From Tannerella sp. (GTDB lineage: Bacteria > Bacteroidota > Bacteroidia > Bacteroidales > Tannerellaceae), in contig JAISGW010000070.1 of NCBI GenBank assembly GCA_031262895.1, positions 1 through 26,851 of the forward strand: a DNA stretch of 26,851 bases, in the 5' to 3' direction. Each line of letters opens with the position of its first letter. Position 1 is the first letter of the stretch. The notes under the pieces are model-generated. The model saw only the letters and a program-made list of their open reading frames with translations. It had not been told where the DNA came from and made no database searches. Of the stretch, positions 1 through 9,166 are shown piece after piece. Position numbers and translations under genes: made by a program.

Positions 1-1025
1 GCGCCGAAGCTTTCCTGTATCCGTATCCAGAGGGCGGCCCCTTCCAGATGTTCTATTTGCAAGGCGAGGGGTGTCGTGAGCGTGTTCTTTTTCCCGCGCC
101 GGAGTTCCTTTTCCACAACTTCTGCCACTAAGCGGCGAATTAGTCCCGACAAAGGTGCATCCGGCGCCCCCGCCAATTGCCCGGCCGCTTGCCTGAAGAA
201 TTCCTTGGCATGGAGACGCGTGGTCAGTTCGGCCTCCACCTCGCTTTCGGGCACTAAGCCCAAGGCGTAAGCCCGGGAGAAATCGGCAAGCGACAACAGC
301 GGCTTCGACAAGGCCACGGCCGGTTGGGGCTGCAAGTAATGGGCCGCTTGATAAAAGGCATATACCAGGTAGAATTGCACGGCAAAAGCCTTGTCGTCGG
401 CCTTTTCGCGGAAAGGCTTGCCCATCCAGTAGCTGATAGCGCTGTGTTGGAAGAAGTAGACCGATAGTCCTTCGCTGCCTTGCGGCTTATACACTTGTTT
501 AGACTGCTCCTTCTTCATCAGGGGAAGGGCGGAGGCCAGCAGGTTAGCTGCGAGGCGGTTCGCATAAGCGGCGTCCCAATGGCTTTTCCCCAAACGGTAG
601 GTGATGCGTACCAATTCGGTAAAATGAGGCAGCTTTAACAGGGCCGGCTTCAAACCGGAAAGGTCGAACCCGAAGAAACGCCGTATTCCGGGGTTGAAGG
701 CCCGGTTGATGTATTCGGGCGCGGTGAGGCTGTGACGGCTTTCCTCCCAATTGGTGGATAAGAGGAAAAGCAATTGCAATAGCGTAGGAAAGTTTTTTAT
801 CTCTTCCTTGTAAAAATCCTCCCATAGCGGGAGGTCGTCGACGGCTCCCCGCTTTTGGCTGCGTAAGAGCGCGTCCATTTTCACGAAAATGGAATAGGCC
901 GGGGGCAAGGACTTTTTCAATTTGCCGAAGAAGGAAGTTTGCAGCAGCGGAAAAGCCTTCTTTGGCTCGAAATTCACTTCAGGCTCCACTGTTGGAAAAG
1001 CAAGTTTGTCTGATATAGGTTGCAT
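1..1025 (-). CDS. Partial (runs off window edge) DUF5724/DUF4132-like large hypothetical protein
   Basis: Not in the ORF track because it has no stop in the window. Manual translation from ATG 1025 is open for 341 codons to the edge: MQPISDKLAFPTVEPEVNFEPKKAFPLL...LPLWEDFYKEEIKNFPTLLQLLFLL...LSLADFSRAYALGLVPESEVEAEL...VEKELRRGKKNTLTTPLALQIEHLEGAALWIRIQESFG. These blocks resemble, from recall, the W..FY..EI..F..LLQL and E.EL.RG...T....LA..I..IEG motifs of DUF5724/DUF4132 proteins. An in-frame TGA at 1041-1043 bounds the start. Confidence 0.7.
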   Translation of the reverse strand, partial: MQPISDKLAFPTVEPEVNFEPKKAFPLLQTSFFGKLKKSLPPAYSIFVKMDALLRSQKRGAVDDLPLWEDFYKEEIKNFPTLLQLLFLLSTNWEESRHSLTAPEYINRAFNPGIRRFFGFDLSGLKPALLKLPHFTELVRITYRLGKSHWDAAYANRLAANLLASALPLMKKEQSKQVYKPQGSEGLSVYFFQHSAISYWMGKPFREKADDKAFAVQFYLVYAFYQAAHYLQPQPAVALSKPLLSLADFSRAYALGLVPESEVEAELTTRLHAKEFFRQAAGQLAGAPDAPLSGLIRRLVAEVVEKELRRGKKNTLTTPLALQIEHLEGAALWIRIQESFG

Positions 1026-1061
1026 CTTGTTGTTCAAAAATCACACACAGGTTCGTTGTCG

Positions 1062-1093
1062 CAAAATAAGTGAATTCCCTTTGGATATGCAAA
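1062..1093 (-). promoter_or_regulatory. Possible Bacteroidetes sigmaA promoter (variant) for the DUF5724-like gene
   Basis: Minus strand reads TTTG-N20-TTATTTTG. The -33 element and spacing match the TTTG-N19-21-TAnnTTTG consensus, but the -7 element has one mismatch (TT for TA). Confidence 0.35.
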
Positions 1094-1096
1094 GGC

Positions 1097-4000
1097 CTAT
1101 TGGGTGAAGTTCAGGCGAATGGAGATGCCGTAGTTGGCATTGGACGTGGGGAAAGAGGCGCTTGATATAAGTGGGTTGTTGATTTGCAAGTCGTAAAAAG
1201 CCTGAAGGGTGACGGCTTTGCTCATGTTGTAGCTGGCCGTAAACTGCACGGTTTTGGACACGCTGCCGCTGGTGGCTTGTGCGGTGGCGTCTTGAATCTT
1301 GCGTATGACGGAGAGCATCTTCTGGTAGGAATAATTCAATTGCAGGGTCAAGTCGTTGCTGAAGCCGGGGGTGGCTTTGCGCTTGAGCACCTTGTTAAAT
1401 TCGGTTAGTTTGTATCCTAAGCCGAAGGTGATTTCGCGGGAAAGGGCTTCCACCATCTGGAAGGAGGTAAGGTTGAGGTTGAGGGTGCGGGTCGTATTGT
1501 AAAGGGCGCGCAGGGTCATGTTGTTCGCCAGCGTACCGTCAATGCCCAGCAGCGGGCTGAAACCGTCGGCCAGGGTGACGGAGCCTATGCTCAGTTTGGA
1601 AGAAGGCACGGGATTGCCGCTGGCGGCGTCTTGCACGAAGCCCAGTCCGTTCCCGGCGTCCACCCAGTTCAGGACAGAGGAGTAGTCGCCTACGCTGTAT
1701 TGGCTGCGGTAGGTATGCGAGAGGGTCAAGGTCTTGAAATATTTCTTCACGGGTGCCAGTTTGATAAGGCCGTCGTAAGTGATGTTCCAATTGGGCATCA
1801 TGGATTTTAGGGCGGGGAAGGGGCTAAAGCCTATGCGTTTGGGGTCGTGCCCCGTATAAGCGGCCAGGAAGGCGGGGATAAGCACGTCGGGCGAGTTGGT
1901 GTTGACGGTTCCGCCGGCCAAGGCCGGGTTATAGGCTTGTCCGGCTAAGGAGGAGCCTTGCAGGAAGCCGCTGTTGGGATACATTGTCCCGTTATATCTG
2001 CCTTGCAGCCGGGAGGCGATGATCTGTCTGTCGGCCAGGAAGCGGTTGAAGGCTTTGGAGGCGTAGTTGTTGCCGGCATTGCCCATTCCTCCGAAGAAAC
2101 TGCCTAAGGAGAAGGTGGTCATCTGGAAATTGCCTCCTTCAAGTTCGGGCATGCCGTCGTACATATATTGTATCTGCGTGTTGTTGGTGGTCTGGCGCAG
2201 GGCGGTGAGGTTGATGTGCAGGCCGCTGATGGGTTCGAGGGTCATGCTCATGTTAAGATTGCTCGAGCCGCTCATGACGGCGGGATTGACATTGTTCTGG
2301 TCGATGACTAACCAGTTCCGTTCGGCCAGCTCGTTAAGATAACTGCGGCGTACGTCGCCGAAGGCAAAGCCGAGGCCGGGCGCCAGCCCGAAGGCGCTGC
2401 GTCCTTGCCCGAAGATGTCGCCCACCTCCGGGGAGAAACCGGGAATCATCATCCCGTCGGTCGAGGCATACTGGAAGCTCAGGCGTTTGACCATCATCAG
2501 GAAGTAGAGTCCCCGTTCGACGGCTTTATCAAGAACACCCTCCTCCTTGGGAGGCGCTGCCTGCAGGTTGAGCACCAGCCTGCCCGTATCGCGGTTCTCG
2601 ATGCGGATACGGGAGAAGTCGAGCGCCTTGTATTTCAACTTGCGGTAAGTTTTTCCGTCGGGGCGGTGGGCACGTATAATGAGGCGCTTGGTCATCAGGC
2701 CGTGGCGCACGATGACGGCACTGTCGCGGCTCAGTTCGATGCTTACTTCTATGGGCTTGGGCTTCCGCTTTTTGACGGCCGGCCGTTGTATGGCCCTGCC
2801 GATGGAGGTGAACTTCGCATTGATGTCGCGCAGGCGCTTGGATTTATTGTACAAGGAGGTGAAGTTCATGCTCCCCTGCCATTGCAGTTGGCGCTGGTTG
2901 CGGATGGTGTTGCCCACATTGATGGAGTCGACTTCCGCCCCGCGGTCCCAGTTGTAGGTGGCCGTGTAGGAGGCGGAGGAATTGATCCAGTTCAACGCCG
3001 GGATGAACTGGAAGGGGAAGTTGTAGCTGAGCATGACCCTTTGGTCGTAGTCCATGGGACGCCCCAGGTGGGCGATGCTTTGCAGCACGGAATCCTTCCA
3101 GAGCCGGTAGTCGTTGGGGTCTAATTTCTTGTTGACCTGCACGTAGGGTTCTTCTATTTGCGCGTTGGTGCCCGAAGAGAAGCTGAAGCGCAGGTTGTTG
3201 GTGAAATTCCAGGTCAGGCCGAAGGAACGGTCCCAGACGAAATTGTCGCTGAAGGTCAAAAGGTTCTTCATGAGTTCCGGCGTGGGGTTCGGGTCGGTCA
3301 GGTCGCGTTGCTGCTCTTCGGTGTAATTGCGGTTCATGTTCGTCTGGAAGGTGATGTTCGATGGCAGGTAGTTGAAGGCGAGCTGCTGGATGTAGCGCGT
3401 ATAGCCGGTCTCTTTCTTCAGCTTCTTGAAAGGTTTGAAGGGCGGCAGGTAGGGGCTGTAAGTATAGCCGAAATTCGCCTGGTAGTTCTGGGTGGTCTGG
3501 TAGGCGATGTCGGGGCTTTGCTGTTTGCTTTCGCTGAAAGCGTAGCCGAAGGAAAAGTTGGCCGGGTCGTAGGGCATGGGTGTCTTGCTGCGCAGGTCTA
3601 CCTTGACATTGTTGAGCGCGATGCTCCTGGTGGTTTCCTGGATACGGGCGAGGTCGCGGATGGAATCCTTGGCCTGCCTGTTGGCGGCCTTGTCGATGGC
3701 GTCGCTGAGCAGGATGTCTTGGTCCAGCGGGTTGTATTTCGGGTCGGTGATATTTTTGGAGTAGGCGTAGTAAAGAGGCAAGCTCACCTTGGCCTTTTCG
3801 GGGAAGAACTTGCCCAGTTCTATATTGGCGGAAACGGCATACTGCTTGAGGTTGTCAAGGCTGCGTTGGGTGAGCGACTGGTCCAAGCCGCCGAAGCCGG
3901 CCGTTTCTATGCGGCCGGTCAGGTTGACGGTGCCCAGGTCTGAGAGGGCCACGTTCATGGTACCGTCGGCGGCCCAGCCGCCGCTTTCGTTGAAGTCGCT

Positions 4001-7000
4001 CAGCCGCATCTCGTCAACCCATACCTCGGCGCTTTTCGTCTCGCGCGAATTATTGCGGACGCCGATCATGATGACCTTCACGTCGGAGAGGCTGGGGTTG
4101 CCCACGACGGTAATCTTGTTGCGCGTATTGTCTGGGTCGTAGGAAGAATAGACCGTGGAATAGCTGACCCCGTTTTTCCCGGCTTGTTTCTCGTTGTTGC
4201 GTTTGAGCTTGAGGTCGGTGAGCACCTGGAAGCGGAAATTCATCATGTTGTTCGAAGGCCATACCTGGTCGGAAGTGAGCAGGGTAGTCCCCGTGCGTGG
4301 CTGCGTCACGGTCATCGGCACATCGTATTCGTAGTAGTTGTTCTTGTAGTCGGAACCCAGACGCACGAAGACGGAGAGATCATTGTCAGCGGGCTTGGTG
4401 CCCGATTCGTCGTCGACTAAGGCCTCCGCATGGGTGAAGAGTTGCATACGCTTGTACTGGCGGAGGTCATAAGAGCTGCTCTTATAGACGGCGCGCGCAT
4501 CCTGCGGACCGAGGTTGGTGACCTTCAGGGCGAGCGACTGCTCGTTTTCCTGCGTCAGTTGCGGCTGCCCCGGGTCTATCATGCGGGTGACGCCCGGAGG
4601 AAGGACGTAGTTGACTGGCTTGCGGTCCCCGTTCTCCTCTATGTTGACGGCGGAGACGTCTAACGAGGCGTTGGAGGGGGCGCCTTCCGCCAGGCTCTGC
4701 TCGTAAGTGCGCCAGTCTCCGCGTTCCAGCTCAAACTCGCCGAAGCGCAGGATGGTCGTGTCGGTGAAGTCGGTCATGTACATGCGCATGAAGCGTATGC
4801 TTTTGAAATCGCTGATGCTGCCTATTTTCTTGGTGTATTCCTTGATGGGAATTTTGAACTGATACCAGGTGACGGTCGACTGCTTCCCGTTGGCCAGCGT
4901 GACGGTCGCCTTTCTGGTGTCGACGATGTAGTCGTTGCCCACGTGCATGTCTTGCGGCCGGAGGGAGACCCTGTACTGGTAATAGCTCTCGTTCTCGTTC
5001 ATCGTGTTGTCCTGGTTGAAGTCCTCCACGTCGGGCGTGGAACGGGAAGCCGTGTTATAAGAAGCATTGCCGGATATGGCGCTGTTGCCTTCCGTGCCGT
5101 TGTAATATTTGTATCGATCGAGGATGCTGGCCTTTTCCCTGTCCAAGTCGGCACCCCGGTAATAATGGTAGTTGTCGCCGGCGGGGTCGGCTTCGAATTG
5201 GGCAAAGACATTGGGATTGAGGATGCCCTTGAGCTTTTGCAGGTAATTCTCATAGGTGGGATACTTGGCCTCTTCCGCCGAGCTTAGGCCATTGAAGCCC
5301 ACGTCCTGCAAGGCGCGGGCACCGGCGGTGTTGTCGAAGGCATAAACGGTGCTCTGCTGGTTGGGCACCTTGCCCCAGACGGTGTAATCCACCTTCGTCG
5401 TGTCGCCGTCGATAGGCAGGCCGTTCTCGAAGAACTTCTTCTCGTCCTTGAGCACGTCTTCCGATATTTCGCCCAGGTCGAAGTAGAGGTCGCCGCCGGG
5501 GGAGCTGGGCTTGTAGATATAGGGGTCAAGCATCCAGAATTCTATGTATTCGATGTTGGCGGTCTCGAAGTCGGTCTGGTCGAGCTTGCGCATCATGCCG
5601 CCCCAATGTTTCTGCGGGTTGGCCAGGGTGCCGTCGGGCTGCATGTCGGCCGTGTTCAGGTTGTAAGGGCCGCGGGTGTTGGGATAGTAGGCCACGTTGA
5701 GCACGCTCAGCACGTTGCTTTCCGTGTAGGTGAGGTCGCGGTTGGGGAAGAGTTCGCTGGTCTGCACGGCACGCACGTATTGGTTGGAGAGCTGATCCTT
5801 GTCCTGCTTGAGGTAATTGGGCATCAGCGGGGAGCTGGTGCGGGTGAAGAGGGGGTCGATGACATACCAGGCGAATAAGGCCCGATTCTTTCCGTAGTCG
5901 ATATTATTGCTCAACGAGGCCTCGGGAAACTTGGGGTTCGTGTCCTCGTAAGGCGTGGACGCCAGGTTCCAGGAGGAAGGGTCCATGAGGCTGAAGCTGC
6001 TCTGGGTGGATTCGAAGTCGTCCAAGTAGGAATATTTGCCGGTGTACTTGTTCTGGTAATGCCCGGCTATCAGGTTGGCAAATTCGGCATTCAGGGAGAT
6101 TTGGCTGGGCTTGGTCAGCTCTAAGAGCGGCAGCTTGTCGAAGAGGTTGGTCAGCCATTGGCTCTGGGTCTTCCATGAGGTGTTCAGACCCCAGAGTGTG
6201 TTGTTGACCGACTCGTCACCGTAGGCAGTCTTCGTGGTGAGCGGCATTTCGGAGAGGTGCATCAGGGTGCCGCCCAATGAGAAGTTCTTGTTGAATTGGT
6301 AATTCAGGTCAATGCCCGCCATCGTCTTGCGCTGCATGCTGTAAGTGGACTGGTTTTCGAGGCTGACGCTGACCGGCACCTTGGAAGCGATGATGCTTTG
6401 GTTGAGTATGGTGACCACGCCGGAGGCGTAGTCGACCACGTAGTCCACGTTTTCGACCAGCTTTTGGCCGTTGGCCGTCACCACCACGGAACCCTGAGCC
6501 ACGTTGGTGGCGTCCAATTGGATTTCGGCCCCCGAGGAGGCCTGGTATTCGCCGCTCAGCTCGAACTTGTTCTTCTCGGCCATCTGCTGGGCGACCGTCT
6601 GGGTGGAGTCGTAAAGCTCCTGGAAGACATATTTGTCGGCCACGGCGGGGTCGTTGATTTTACTTCGCAGGTAAGAGCCGAAAGGCTCCACTTCGGGGAA
6701 AAATATCCAGCCGTTGGCGGCCTGCACCGTCACCCCTTCCACGAAGTCGAAGATGCCGTCGGGATGGCTTTCCTGTTTCGTGTTCAGGCGATCCAAGTTC
6801 AGCACCCGCAACAGCAGTTGGTTCTTGATGGCCCCGTCGGGCAGGTAGCTGACGTAGGTGCCTGTCGTATCGTTCTGGTAAAGGACATTTAGCTTGAAGT
6901 TCGAGGCTTGGATGGAGTAGGCGCCCAGGGCGTAAACGTTCTTCATCATCAGGTTCCAGTAGGGCATCTGCGGGGAAAGGGCGGTGCCCTTGATGAGTTT

Positions 7001-8506
7001 CAGGAAGAGGGCGCCGGTGGTGTTCTCGGTGTTGTCGGTGGAGAATTCGCCCACCTGGTAGGCCGTGCCGTTGTATTGGTATTCGAAGGCGACGGCCAGC
7101 ACCTCGTCCGACTGCAGGGCGGTGTTGAGCGAGATGTACCCTAATTGCTTGTTGACGGTGTACTCGGAGGCGTCCAGCAGGCGGGCGTTTTCTATTTTCT
7201 CGAAATCGCGTCCCCCGGTGAAGCTCCCGCCCAGCACCTGGCTGGCCTTGCTCAGGTCGCGGGCGCCCGAGAATTCGCTTTGCAGGCGTCCGTACAGGGT
7301 GTTGGCCTTGTTGTAGGGGATGTCCAAGCTGCCCAGCGGCTGCACCTGCGCCGGGTTGGAGATATGCGTGTGCTCGCCCAGGTCGGAAAAGGCCACGATG
7401 TTGCGCGCCTGGTTGAAGTTGCTGCGCTTGTTGGTCACCCAGACCTCCACGCGGTTGATGGTGACTGCCGAGTTGATGTAGGGGAATTGTTTCAGGGCCT
7501 CGTCGTAATGGTCGCGGAAATACTGCGCCAGGAAGAAGTGCCGGTTGGCGTCGTACTGGTCGACGGTGATTTCGAAAGGTTTGGTCTGCACCCCTCCTTT
7601 GGCGTTCACCGTTTGCGTTTGCGACTTCTGCTGGGCCAAAAGGGCATTGATGCGCAGCTTGCCGAATTGCAACTGGGTCTTGACGCCGAAGAGGGCGGCC
7701 CCGCCGTTGATGAGGGAGTTGTTGGTGCTCATGCTCACGTTGCCGGCCTCCAGGTCTTTGACGATTTCGTCCTCCTCGCCGGTGTACCCCAGCTTGAGGT
7801 TCTTGGAGTCGAAGCTGAAAGCCGTCTCCGTGTTGTAGTTCATGTTGAAGTTGACCTTCGTGCCCACCGAGGCCTGCACGTTGAACTGTATGTTCTGGTC
7901 GAAGTCGAAATAGCTGTGGCTGCGGGAGCGTTCCGGCAAGGAGGGGTTGTCGGTGCTGTTGTGCTTGATGCCCAGCTTGAGTTCGGCGGAACCTTGGGGG
8001 CGGATTTGCACGCCGCCCTTGCCGAATATCCGGTCGGCCGGTCCGAGGTCGAACTGCATGTCCATGGGGTTGAACTTCTTGTTCTGGGCCTCCTTGAAGG
8101 CCTCGTCGTTCTTCTCGCGGTAGTAGGCGCGCAAGGACTGCTGCATGTCGTAATTGGAATATTCTTCGGGCGTAAGCATAAGGGGGGTGCCGATGTCCAT
8201 GTCGCCGATACGGGTATGGAATACATAAGTGCCGGTCTTGGTGTCGTATTCCACCGTGCTTTTCACGTTCTCCGGCGTTTTCAAGTCGGCCGGCGGTTGT
8301 TTCAGCAGGTCCTCGTAAGTCTCCGGCTCGGTTTTGGCTACGGGGTAGCGCGGCGCCTGCACGCTGTCGCCCTTGGTCAGGCTGTCCTGTGCGGCAGGCA
8401 CGACCGGCGGCTGCGGCAGCCGCGGAAGGCCGGCATGCAAAGTGAAAAAGCCCGCCATCGACAAAAGCAGCAGCAGGCTGGATATATGTTTCGCGCGATT
8501 CCGCAT
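1097..8506 (-). CDS. sprA: Type IX secretion system outer-membrane translocon SprA (Sov)
   Basis: 2469-aa ORF with an N-terminal signal peptide and SprA-typical segments (IFGKGGVQIRPQGSAEL, FLAQYFRDHYD, WGGMMRKLDQTDFETANIEYIEFW, DFKSIRFMRMYM, VWVDEMRL, PDVLIPAFLAAY). The C-terminus resembles a beta-barrel end (YGISIRLNFTQ). It lies directly downstream of ruvA, the conserved Bacteroidetes gene order. Confidence 0.96.
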   Translation of the reverse strand: MRNRAKHISSLLLLLSMAGFFTLHAGLPRLPQPPVVPAAQDSLTKGDSVQAPRYPVAKTEPETYEDLLKQPPADLKTPENVKSTVEYDTKTGTYVFHTRIGDMDIGTPLMLTPEEYSNYDMQQSLRAYYREKNDEAFKEAQNKKFNPMDMQFDLGPADRIFGKGGVQIRPQGSAELKLGIKHNSTDNPSLPERSRSHSYFDFDQNIQFNVQASVGTKVNFNMNYNTETAFSFDSKNLKLGYTGEEDEIVKDLEAGNVSMSTNNSLINGGAALFGVKTQLQFGKLRINALLAQQKSQTQTVNAKGGVQTKPFEITVDQYDANRHFFLAQYFRDHYDEALKQFPYINSAVTINRVEVWVTNKRSNFNQARNIVAFSDLGEHTHISNPAQVQPLGSLDIPYNKANTLYGRLQSEFSGARDLSKASQVLGGSFTGGRDFEKIENARLLDASEYTVNKQLGYISLNTALQSDEVLAVAFEYQYNGTAYQVGEFSTDNTENTTGALFLKLIKGTALSPQMPYWNLMMKNVYALGAYSIQASNFKLNVLYQNDTTGTYVSYLPDGAIKNQLLLRVLNLDRLNTKQESHPDGIFDFVEGVTVQAANGWIFFPEVEPFGSYLRSKINDPAVADKYVFQELYDSTQTVAQQMAEKNKFELSGEYQASSGAEIQLDATNVAQGSVVVTANGQKLVENVDYVVDYASGVVTILNQSIIASKVPVSVSLENQSTYSMQRKTMAGIDLNYQFNKNFSLGGTLMHLSEMPLTTKTAYGDESVNNTLWGLNTSWKTQSQWLTNLFDKLPLLELTKPSQISLNAEFANLIAGHYQNKYTGKYSYLDDFESTQSSFSLMDPSSWNLASTPYEDTNPKFPEASLSNNIDYGKNRALFAWYVIDPLFTRTSSPLMPNYLKQDKDQLSNQYVRAVQTSELFPNRDLTYTESNVLSVLNVAYYPNTRGPYNLNTADMQPDGTLANPQKHWGGMMRKLDQTDFETANIEYIEFWMLDPYIYKPSSPGGDLYFDLGEISEDVLKDEKKFFENGLPIDGDTTKVDYTVWGKVPNQQSTVYAFDNTAGARALQDVGFNGLSSAEEAKYPTYENYLQKLKGILNPNVFAQFEADPAGDNYHYYRGADLDREKASILDRYKYYNGTEGNSAISGNASYNTASRSTPDVEDFNQDNTMNENESYYQYRVSLRPQDMHVGNDYIVDTRKATVTLANGKQSTVTWYQFKIPIKEYTKKIGSISDFKSIRFMRMYMTDFTDTTILRFGEFELERGDWRTYEQSLAEGAPSNASLDVSAVNIEENGDRKPVNYVLPPGVTRMIDPGQPQLTQENEQSLALKVTNLGPQDARAVYKSSSYDLRQYKRMQLFTHAEALVDDESGTKPADNDLSVFVRLGSDYKNNYYEYDVPMTVTQPRTGTTLLTSDQVWPSNNMMNFRFQVLTDLKLKRNNEKQAGKNGVSYSTVYSSYDPDNTRNKITVVGNPSLSDVKVIMIGVRNNSRETKSAEVWVDEMRLSDFNESGGWAADGTMNVALSDLGTVNLTGRIETAGFGGLDQSLTQRSLDNLKQYAVSANIELGKFFPEKAKVSLPLYYAYSKNITDPKYNPLDQDILLSDAIDKAANRQAKDSIRDLARIQETTRSIALNNVKVDLRSKTPMPYDPANFSFGYAFSESKQQSPDIAYQTTQNYQANFGYTYSPYLPPFKPFKKLKKETGYTRYIQQLAFNYLPSNITFQTNMNRNYTEEQQRDLTDPNPTPELMKNLLTFSDNFVWDRSFGLTWNFTNNLRFSFSSGTNAQIEEPYVQVNKKLDPNDYRLWKDSVLQSIAHLGRPMDYDQRVMLSYNFPFQFIPALNWINSSASYTATYNWDRGAEVDSINVGNTIRNQRQLQWQGSMNFTSLYNKSKRLRDINAKFTSIGRAIQRPAVKKRKPKPIEVSIELSRDSAVIVRHGLMTKRLIIRAHRPDGKTYRKLKYKALDFSRIRIENRDTGRLVLNLQAAPPKEEGVLDKAVERGLYFLMMVKRLSFQYASTDGMMIPGFSPEVGDIFGQGRSAFGLAPGLGFAFGDVRRSYLNELAERNWLVIDQNNVNPAVMSGSSNLNMSMTLEPISGLHINLTALRQTTNNTQIQYMYDGMPELEGGNFQMTTFSLGSFFGGMGNAGNNYASKAFNRFLADRQIIASRLQGRYNGTMYPNSGFLQGSSLAGQAYNPALAGGTVNTNSPDVLIPAFLAAYTGHDPKRIGFSPFPALKSMMPNWNITYDGLIKLAPVKKYFKTLTLSHTYRSQYSVGDYSSVLNWVDAGNGLGFVQDAASGNPVPSSKLSIGSVTLADGFSPLLGIDGTLANNMTLRALYNTTRTLNLNLTSFQMVEALSREITFGLGYKLTEFNKVLKRKATPGFSNDLTLQLNYSYQKMLSVIRKIQDATAQATSGSVSKTVQFTASYNMSKAVTLQAFYDLQINNPLISSASFPTSNANYGISIRLNFTQ

Positions 8507-9094
8507 TTAGAACATCCGAAAGGCTTGCTTGATGACTTCCTCGACTTGAAGCTCGGGATTGCTTTTCAGGATGGCAAGCACCACCTTCTGCGAGGCGGCC
8601 CGCTGGTAGCCCATGGCCATCAGGGCCGATACGGCGTCTTCGGCCACCCCGGCATAGCCCGTGGCCGTGGCACCGCCCAAGGCGGAGACCTCCGAGGGTT
8701 TCACCTTGTTCTTCAAGTCCACCAGGATGCGCTGCGCCGTCTTCAGGCCGATACCCTTGACGGCCGTCAAGGCCCGCTCGTCCTGGCCTGAGATGACCTG
8801 CACCAGCTCGGCGGGAGGATAGGAGGAGAGGATGGTGCGCGCCGTGTTGGGGCCTACCCCCGAGACCGAGGTCAGCAGCAGATACAGCCCGCGCTCCTCG
8901 GTGCTGGAGAAGCCGTAAAGCAGGTGGGCGTCCTCGCGTATCACCTCATAGACGTATATCTTCCCCGAGGCCTTCCCCGTAAAAGCGCTGTATGTGTACA
9001 GCGAGATGTTCAGCTCGTAGCCCACGCCGCCGCATTCCATGACCATCCGCGCCGGTGCCAGCTCCGTTATCTCGCCTTTCTAGTAGTCTATCAT
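8507..9094 (-). pseudogene. ruvA: Holliday junction branch migration protein RuvA with an in-frame TAG at codon 5 (true nonsense allele or sequence error)
   Basis: From ATG 9094 the frame reads [31 protein letters not shown]..., which matches the canonical RuvA N-terminus (MIDYLKG-like) except for TAG at 9080-9082. HhH motifs LLTSVSGVGPNTA and LTAVKGIGLKTAQRILVDLK are present. The ORF track starts at Met17 (9046). The TAA stop (8507-8509) abuts the sprA ATG. Confidence 0.88.
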
Positions 9095-9166
9095 AGCTTT
9101 CTCCTTATTATACGCATTATAACGAGTCTCTCCTCCCTTTTATTATAGCGGCTTGCATTGGGCCTC

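Noticed and set aside
7145-8791. Long antisense ORFs (also 10673-12223, 24274-25839, 2405-3124, 3158-3943) and alternate-frame ORFs such as 18437-19606
   Set aside because: They shadow well-supported genes, are expected from high GC3 codon bias, and show no recognisable motifs.
9080-9082. TAG reassignment (genetic code 15 or pyrrolysine) as the explanation for the ruvA stop
   Set aside because: TAG terminates sprA (1097-1099) and the PEP-synthase-like gene (10592-10594) at their expected ends, and no other gene in the window has an internal TAG.
9100-9127. dif/Xer recombination site
   Set aside because: One arm resembles an XerC arm (ACTCGTTATAA), but the other (TAATAAGGAGA) does not match the strongly conserved XerD arm TTATGTTAAAT.
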